From: Octopus vulgaris
Taxonomy: Eukaryota
Direction of reading: 5' to 3'
Assembly: GCA_951406725.2 (NCBI GenBank)
Contig: OX597832.1
Coordinates: 15,624,001 to 15,688,000, forward strand
DNA: 64,000 bases
The notes beneath the pieces are model-generated. The model was not told the origin of the DNA. It was given only the letters and a program-made list of their open reading frames with translations, and ran no database searches. Positions 54,945 to 64,000 of the stretch are shown piece after piece. Both the position numbers and the translations under genes were made by a program. How positions within the stretch are numbered: the stretch's first letter is position 1; each line of letters opens with the position of its first letter.

Positions 54945-55560
54945 GCATACATATGCGCACATGGATTTCCTGATATATGTGATGTGTTGTGTTTATGATA
55001 ATACCAGCGTTTACTATTGAGAACCTTTTCAACACGCTCTCTCACATATTTTATTAAATCATTTGGTTATCTGTAGTTAGTTGCAAATTAAACCTTATCC
55101 TGACTATGTTCTAATTGAAAAACGTGATGAATGACACATTTAATTGCTTTCCGACTTAATCTGCCAGTCTATTTTTATCTTTCTGTGTCTAAAAACATTA
55201 CTATTATCTTTTTACTTTCTTTTTCTTGTTTACATTTTCACATACATACATTTCTACACATCATTTATATACATACTCACAATTAAGATAAATATATTAT
55301 TTATTGATATATATATATAGTCAGTGTAAATTTGCTCTCACAATTAAGATGTAATCATGGAATATTTATTGTTTATTAAGTAAACGTGACCACAATACTG
55401 AAAATTATTTCGTCTTTCCTGTATAAGTCACCTGTATCAACATAAATTTGTAGTCCTCTTTATCTGAATACCCTGGCGTAGATTACGTGAAAGATTTATG
55501 TGATTTCATGCAACATCCTTCAAAATAATTGCAGCGTTTCCCTCGCGATGTATTGCATGA

Positions 55561-55600
<40 letters not shown>

Positions 55601-55664
55601 TCGCAAACGTATTTCCTCAGAATAAAGCACGATGACGTGATACAACGGGTTTATTTTTGATTTT

Positions 55665-57456
55665 CTTTAAGAAATAGGAATGGAAAATCATAATGTTTGC
55701 GTTGATCGACATTCAAACCTGTCTTACACTTAGATTTTGTGATATATATATATATATATATCACAATATATCACGAATTTATCAGAGAAATTACTTACTT
55801 CTATGATGTATTTCACATTGAGATTTGCTTCTGATGTCGGTTTGCATCACATCCGTACCTGCGTTTAGAATACGTTGCAATGATTAACACACGAGAGTCT
55901 TATTGCATCATTATCTTATATATTTGCTAACTATCAAAAACTTAAAGGAAACAATTTCAGTTGTAATCTCATATCTACTTCCTAGTGGTAATTGCATGTT
56001 TGTTTATATTTCTCACTTCCAGATTGGTGATTAATCGACTTCATTCTAGGTCTCATATTCTCAATTTTCATCCAGGTGACTTCAGCACAGTAATAGATAT
56101 CATGGAATCTAATGGATTGCCTAAGAACCAACGTTTCTTCACCGAACATATATTCACTCGGATGAATTACATTAGCTTTCATGAAATGTTCAACTCATTA
56201 CTGGTGTAGATCTAATAGAATCTATATTATTTTCGTAGTGTGTCTTACATGCATGTTACACCTAATTGAATGCTCTTTCTATCATCTGCACTCAAAATAT
56301 AGCTGTCCATTAACATTAACCATATCGTTATCAAATTAAAGTAGTCTGGCAACAACTAGAGTAGAAGGGTATACATTATTCCTGTGTACTATTGAAATAG
56401 ATTAAAATTGATTTGTGGAAAATATAACACAAAAAGCGGGCAAATATATTTATACACATCTGTTTGTGTGTATATGTGTGCCTTTAAGAAATAGGAATGG
56501 AAAATCATAATGTTTGCGTTGATCGACATTCAAACCTGTCTCACATGTCTTAGATTTTGTGATATATTCACTCACAACCTATGATCGTACAATCTCATCA
56601 CGAATTTATCAGAGAAATTACTTACTCTATGATAGCTACATCGAAACGCTTAAAAGGAAACAATTTCAGTTGTAATCTCATATCTACTTCCTAGTGGTAA
56701 TTGCATGTTTGTTTATATTTCTCACTTCCAGATTGGTGATTAATCGACTTCATTCTAGGTCTCATATTCTCAATTTTCATCCAGGTGACTTCAGCACAGT
56801 AATAGATGATGCTCTTCAAATCGCTATAAGTATTTCGTATTTGTCACTAGGAATTAGACACTTCACAAACACTGTACCTCACATGTCACAAGCACTATTA
56901 AAATAGCACTGTCATATGTAAAAATATGTACTGAAATATCATGGAATCTAATGGATTGCCTAAGAACCAACGTTTCTTCACCGAACATATATTCACTCGG
57001 ATGAATTACATTAGCTTTCATGAAATGTTCAACTCATTACTGGTGTAGATCTAATAGAATCTATATTATTTTCGTAGTGTGTCTTACATGCATGTTAGAA
57101 ATTATCCAAGATAGGCTTCGTACAAAATCTTATTTCTAGTTTTCGTTTTTCGTTTCGTTTACGATTTAGCTTCAAGTATTTCTATTCAAAGAACAATTTT
57201 CATATTTAATTACACAACGATTTTGTATAATAGATTCCCTCCACCCACTCTTTCTATCATCTGCACTCAAAATATAGCTGTCCATTAACATTAACCATAT
57301 CGTTATCAAATTAAAGTAGTCTGGCAACAACTAGAGTAGAAGGGTATACATTATTCCTGTGTACTATTGAAATAGATTAAAATTGATTTGTGGAAAATAT
57401 AACACAAAAAGCGGGCAAATATATTTATACACATCTGTTTGTGTGTATATGTGTGC
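55665..57456 (+). repeat. Head-to-tail duplication (55665-56481 and 56482-57456) with copy-specific blocks
   Basis: Long identical shared blocks; both ORFs start MVIACLFIFLTSRLVINRLH. Confidence 0.95.
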
Positions 57457-57513
57457 GTGCGTTATTAAGTGTGCAAACACATACATATTAAGGCAAATAC
57501 ATACATACATACA

Positions 57514-57570
<57 letters not shown>

Positions 57571-57784
57571 CTGGCTCTAGTTAACTGCAATGGGGAAACA
57601 TACGTAGGAACTAAAAATTAAAAATTGTGCTCACCTCCTTTCTTCCCTATATAGGCAAAGTATATCGTAATTATTCAGAATGATAGGTAAACTGAAGCTA
57701 AGTAAATATTTGGTGGAAACTGATTGGATAATGATAATCGACATGATGAAAACAGTATGTGATTATTGCATATAAATCTTTTCA

Positions 57785-59062
57785 TACGAATGGTGTAAAT
57801 AATTACAAGAAAACAGCAAGCAAAAATTATTAGAATGCCCTATATTCAAATATATCATGCGGTATGGCATCATCATAAGGCAATTAATGAAGGTAACACA
57901 AACATTACACGTACTTTCTCCAAAATATTCTTTCAGAGCTCACATGCGAACAGAAAAATAATGTCGAACCATTTGGATTATATTACAGGGTAAATAGGAC
58001 AGCTCAGCTGGCAGGACATGGAAAAATGTTCCAGTTTGACGTTTGTGAAGATGTGTCAATGGCGCTGATTCGTCGTATGCTTTCACTACAATGCGGAACA
58101 GGGCTCTAACTTTTAGAAATGTGTATTGGGGTTGATCGGGAAAATTAAAAATAAGCGGGCATGCAAGAAATACGAAGAGGAAGCTCACTGACTTCTATGA
58201 CGGAAGAGAAGGTTCAACACGCTTGAGAGATGGCTCTGGTGTAACAATGGCGTAGCATGTTCTCCGTAAATTCGTCATGGTAATGCATGAGAAATTATCC
58301 AAGATAGGCTTCGCTTCCACAAATTCAATGCGAGATTGGTGCTAAGAGAGCTTACCGAAGCACATAATTCCAACAGTATAGATATCTCTCAACAATTATT
58401 CGTCTACTAAAACGCTGAATGCAACATTCTTTTCTGCAGCAACAAGTCACAGGCAATATTGAGTGAGTGTCCAAAAAGCATGGTATTGGTATGAAGCGCA
58501 CGCAATCCCCAGTCAAAGACAAATTTGAAACTGAAATTTCAGCAGAAAATGTTTGGGACACAAAAGGGATTATACTTGAAAATGTCCTTCAAATGGGGCT
58601 TATTCTCACCGGAGTAGGGATACAGGGAAATACTGACAAACCGGAAAGTCTAACGAATACCGAGAGTTACTCTGAAATCATATATTTTTGTTGCACAGCA
58701 ATCAACGGTTACAGCCAATACTGTTGCAATCATTCAAAATTTGGTTTCGAGTTGCAGGACGAATATTTATATAGACGAAATCATGCCATTTCCGAAAGTC
58801 ACCTGCTTGGATCGTTCAAACATCCTTTTGATGGTTGTCTATTTCTATTGATGAAGATGTACTGGTTGCAGTGTTAAATAGGTGCAAAACCAGCCAAAAC
58901 CTTTCCGGTGAGATACGTAAAGGTGTGTATCGCATGAAGAAAAAACAGAAAAGCAAAGTGATTATAATGGAAAATGATATAAATGTTCAACTGCTGGTTT
59001 TGTTTAAATAATTACAGAAAACAGGATTCCTATAAATTCCTATAAATTTTGAATTACCCTAA
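57785..59062 (+). mobile_element. Near full-length decayed mariner transposon
   Basis: EIIQDRLRFHKFNARLVLRELTE (WVPR.L), VTG (first D region), QSPVKDKF....SA.NVWDTKGIILE, YRRNHAISESHLLGSFK (YSPDLAPSDFHLFG.LK). Ends are approximate. Confidence 0.85.
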
Positions 59063-59774
59063 TACAATCCTCATTTTCTAGGAAGCGAACAGCTCAAGTA
59101 CGTATCAAATCATGTTATAATAATTTAATAAATATCTAGTTACGTATCAATGGTGGAAAATGCATATCATTTCATGGATTACTTACCCACTTAAATGACA
59201 ATTTCACGCAGGCATTCATTTCAAGATTGTGGTAAAGATGCATGATCTTATTGAACAATTTACTTATATACAAGGATGAAAACAAAGTCAGGAAATTTTA
59301 TTCTATTTCCTCAGAATAAAATATTCAAGTTTCACGGCGAAATATGTAACTGGCGATTAGCAGCGATAGGAAACCGCAACTTTTGTGCAATGAGTGGTTC
59401 TACTAAAATGTGCTAAGATTATTATTTAAGAGATGGTAGCGCTAGACATCGGTGAATCTGAACAATGGAAGACCTGAAATGAATTATATCTCTATTGGCA
59501 GTCATAATAATATTTAAAGAAAAACAAAACATATGCATACTATAAAGAATAGATTAATAATACTTTCTACTATAGCCACAAGGGCTGAAGTTAGGCGAGG
59601 TGGATATTAGATTACGGGGACACCAGTACTCGTGTTGTGCCAGATAGATTTGCTTATATACGCAGAGAATATATAAGCAAGCCAAGTGATACAATAGCAT
59701 GTGTTATACGATATATCCAAGTATATTTGCTATTATATACGTAGCTAAAAAGACACACACATATATAAGTGGGC

Positions 59775-59834
<60 letters not shown>

Positions 59835-60297
59835 GCATGCATGTATGTACGTTTGCCTGTTTATTTATATACACAGTAGTGAATATATTATATTAATCTA
59901 TTTAACTATCTTTCTTTCGGGATTCTGGGTAGGGATATGATTGAATCTCTGTTTTTATAAGATTTTACAAAGCCGTATAACATTTGTTAGAGGAAGTGCT
60001 GTGATATGAGTTTGCTGAGAATAGTTCCTTGTCGCAAATTAATCGAAATTCGATAAAGAAAATGAAAAAATTTAAGATTTTCTGAAAGTAAATTGCCCTC
60101 AATAAATGACTGAATTATCATAATTATCCATGTAATCAGATCATTGCGCCGCGAGTATTTTCTATGCATTCTTATATAAAAGAATGCGTAGATGTCGGTA
60201 ACCAGAAGTATATCATCAAATAAAGATCGTATGCAATCTAAAAATGAAAAGCCATCTTTTGTATACCTTAACGTCTGCCATGGATCGACTCAGATCC

Positions 60298-60416
60298 TTT
60301 TCTACTCTAGGCACAAGGCCCTAAATATTGGTGTAGGGGGCCAGTCGATTAGATCGGCACCAGTACGCAACTGGTACTTAATTTATCTACCCCGAAAGGA
60401 TGAAAAGCAAAGTCGA
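60298..60416 (-). mobile_element. SINE family A fragment
   Basis: tctactctaggcacaaggccc...cagtacgcaactggtacttaatttatctaccccgaaaggatgaaaagcaaagtcga. Confidence 0.85.
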
Positions 60417-60537
60417 GAATTTTATATTCTTCCCTTTCCATTCCAATCCAAAATATTCAAGTTTCATAGTGCGAACCCCACGAAACATTGAGTCATATAA
60501 AAGATATATACGTGTTAAAGCAATAATAAGAATAATC

Positions 60538-60584
<47 letters not shown>

Positions 60585-60695
60585 TGCTGTTGTTGTTGTA
60601 GTAGTAGTAGTAGTAGTAGTAGTAGAGTAATAATAACAACAACAACCACAGTAACAACAACATTAAGAATAACAGCAACAACAACAACAACAGCA
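60538..60695. repeat. (GTA)n/(CAA)n microsatellite
   Basis: Directly visible. Confidence 0.95.
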
Positions 60696-60925
60696 GTAAT
60701 ACTATTTTTGTTTTCCTAATCTAGGCACAAATATAGTGCAGTGTTATGTACCTAAGTATTTGTTTCTTCTATTTCTGTCTCGCTCCCAATATATAAAGAA
60801 AACACCTCGAATTTGACACACAGAACACACACGCATACACAAACCGCTACACATTTGCACACGCGCATGTTAACACTTTCACACTCACCGCCAATAATAT
60901 GCCTATAATTGCCTTATAATATATT

Positions 60926-61520
60926 AGGCAGTGGGTTTCATGCCTTCTGGTCTTAACTGATTGGACGTTTTGTCATGTACGTAGAATTGTCTTGGTAGAA
61001 AAGATGGGTTACAGTGAATATTCTGCTCAATACCACAGATTTGCTTCTCAATTCTTTCACCATAACAAGTTGAGAATGTGTCTTGGTGGCTGACGTTATG
61101 TGCTTTTCTGATCACGAGCAGATGTAGTTGTGGAGCAACATAGCTATGTGTTGAGGGGAATTCTTTAGGATTTGAATAATTCACCTCTGGAAGCATTAGA
61201 CTCCCGTTCATAATCCTTAAACAAATCTTATTCCGGGACATTTTGAGCGGGGTGGGGTGGGCTACGCAACCTGAGGAAAATTCTATCTGGGACCACCTGC
61301 AAGTTCTTGATATAAGATCACCATGTCGCGCACATGTAGCTATGATACATGTTCCTGGTATACCCTTATCAGACTGGTAGTCATGATATCTCTATTGGGT
61401 TTCGTCTAATTGTACCCCAGTGTCATAGTGATGGCATGCGTTGTTCTCTTATTCAATAATGATAATGATAATGATGATGATGACAATAAAATAAATAATA
61501 ATAATAATAATAATAATAAT
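60926..61520 (+). mobile_element. Unclassified retroposed interspersed repeat with (AAT)n tail
   Basis: GC-richer ~530-bp block ending in an (AAT/GAT)n tail. It resembles an abundant octopus repeat from memory; family not assigned. Confidence 0.5.
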
Positions 61521-62299
61521 ATATGGCTTACTTATACACACGTATATATATATATGTGTATGTCTTTGCATGTGTTTGTACAGGTGATCGAAAAATTCAT
61601 GTTCATTTTCCTTGGAAAACCACAGTCTTTATAAAAGCAAGTTTTAACGATTCGCCGCTGCTGGGTGTCCTATTGTGTAAACTCTTAAACAAAGATAAAA
61701 CTGAACTCTTCGTTTTATTTAATTTCAAACGCATTTCAAACAAAATATCTACAGCCGCGCGAATATGATTTCGCCATTATTTCTCGAAGAATGTCTGTTT
61801 TCTTGCTGTAAAGTTTTATGGTATCATAATAGTTCAGGATAACTGATAAGATACATCAATGGTAGAAGGGAAGCCTTTGAAATACAAACAAAAGGATGCT
61901 TACTTTAGAGACAGTAAACTGCAATAATGCCTTTTGTATATTCTATACGTTGAGATATAGAATACACAACTAAATAAACACACACACGCACACATATCAT
62001 TAGATATACGCGTAGAGATATACACATCCAAATACGTACTTGTACATTTTGTGCAGTAGCACGAGGTTTTGCACATAAATATGCCAGTGCATGTGTTTAT
62101 GTACCTAAGTATTTGTTTTCTTTTCTATTTCTGTCTCGCTCCCAATATATACACACACAGAACAACACGCACAGACAGACACACAAGCACACACACACGC
62201 ATACACAAACGCGTACACATTCGCACACGCGCACACACACACACACATCCATATATATATATATATACATTGAGACAGAGACAAATATATCAATAGATA

Positions 62300-62445
62300 G
62301 GTAAATAGAAAGGCTGACAGATATATCGATAGATTGACAGATAGACAGACAGAGAGACAGATATATAGATAGATAGATAGATAGATAGGTAGATAGATAG
62401 ATACATACATACATACATACATACATACATACATAGACAGACATA
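62300..62445. repeat. (GATA)n/(CATA)n microsatellite
   Basis: Directly visible. Confidence 0.95.
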
Positions 62446-62740
62446 TAGATATACGTATACAACTGAGAAGGAGTAGGCGACAAAGGTAATTTATGTAAAC
62501 AGTGTAGCTATTTACGTACAAAACTTCATCATCACATCTCCATTTCAATCTCTTTGTGCGTATATGCACTTGTTTGTTTAGGTGGATGATGGTTCGTGTG
62601 TGAGAAAGCAGAATTGATGAGGTTTCCAGTCATAGTGTGTGTAACAGACTCCCCTGAACACCACATTCACGCACACACACATTTACAGTAAATTTACAGG
62701 TATAGATACATACAGATCAATAACTATCAATCTATATATA

Positions 62741-62782
<42 letters not shown>

Positions 62783-62784
62783 TA

Positions 62785-62817
<33 letters not shown>

Positions 62818-62821
62818 TCAC

Positions 62822-62860
<39 letters not shown>

Positions 62861-63853
62861 AATATTTATATATATACTTACCCATTCACACACACACACA
62901 CACACGTACACAAACATATTTGAGTGAGAGAAATGAGATTGAGCGCAAGAGTACATGGAAGATCATTTGCTTTAATAATAAATATCAGCAGCAGAATCAA
63001 AGACACCATTGCTGGGATACTGCAACAAAAAGCTTAAAGTACGTCTCTTATAATCTTCGGAACATAAAGAATCACGACCAGCATTTTCCTATCAATGGCC
63101 ACTTTATAAAATATGTATATATGCAAAAACATGTGCGGCTGATTGTAGTTAAATATTTTCAGTTTGCCTATATATGCTATAAGTGCCAGGCTTTATTGTA
63201 AGACGAAAAAGAAAAGAAAAAACATAAAACAAATCCTGAAATATGATGAAAAGCAATTGAATACCATTTTCCAGTTTTAGTATATCCAGTATTGGTATAT
63301 GTAACTGTGACAAAATCTCTCAAATCTTGCTTTATTATGAACTTTTGTCTACATTAAAATATTGTTTCTATTTCAAATTGACCGTTGTCCATATAAGCAC
63401 TGATTGTATAAGTGTATCGCCATCTTCCTCTTTTCCCTGTCTGTCTCTATACATACATACGTAAAATAAATATATTCATACACACACCCGCACACACATT
63501 CTCACATAAACGCACACACGTTTATGCACAAACACATACGCACATACATATAGAGCAATGATTTTGCGTTCGCTGTTGATTTATAAGTGGGCTTGCATAC
63601 GTATGTATATGTATATTTGCATCAAACCTAGTCGCACACAGTCGCACACACACACACACACCTTCACAGTCAGACATGCGCGCATACAAAATTCTTATAT
63701 ATAGCATTAATGCGTGCATTTGCATGTGTGCGTACGTGTATTTGTGTGTGTTTGAGTGTGTGGCTTATGTTTGTTGTGAGATAGTATGGCATTTAACCAC
63801 CAGGTTTATATATTTGTTTATATGTTTGTTAATCCAAAGGAACAAGATTACTT

Positions 63854-63920
<67 letters not shown>

Positions 63921-64000
63921 AAAATAGTAAAGAGTGAAAAAACGACAGAAGGCTTAAATGTTAAAGAATATATATATTTGCGTCAATATGTCTGGAGAAT

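Overview
AT-rich animal genomic DNA, dense in microsatellites, with no intact protein-coding gene that I can support. The SINE families, (TA)n density and Penelope-type repeats look like a coleoid cephalopod, probably Octopus (inference from recalled repeat consensus, not searched). Almost all ORFs in the track are microsatellite artefacts. Recognisable content: three tRNA-derived SINE families; decayed mariner/Tc1 transposases; a Ty3/gypsy (Mag-like) LTR relic; CR1/L2-type and R4/Dong-type LINE fragments; and Penelope-like pseudo-LTRs carrying minimal hammerhead-ribozyme motifs. The most notable features these do not explain are: (1) a decayed multi-exon immunoglobulin-superfamily receptor on the minus strand at about 4.6-14.9 kb, missing from the ORF track; (2) a ~300-bp repeat unit carrying a tRNA-Thr(CGT)-like gene, present in tandem and inverted copies at 32 kb and again at 51.6-52 kb; (3) a spacer-less ~349-bp palindrome at 30.1-30.4 kb. 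The 53-62 kb region shows signs of noisy-read misassembly.
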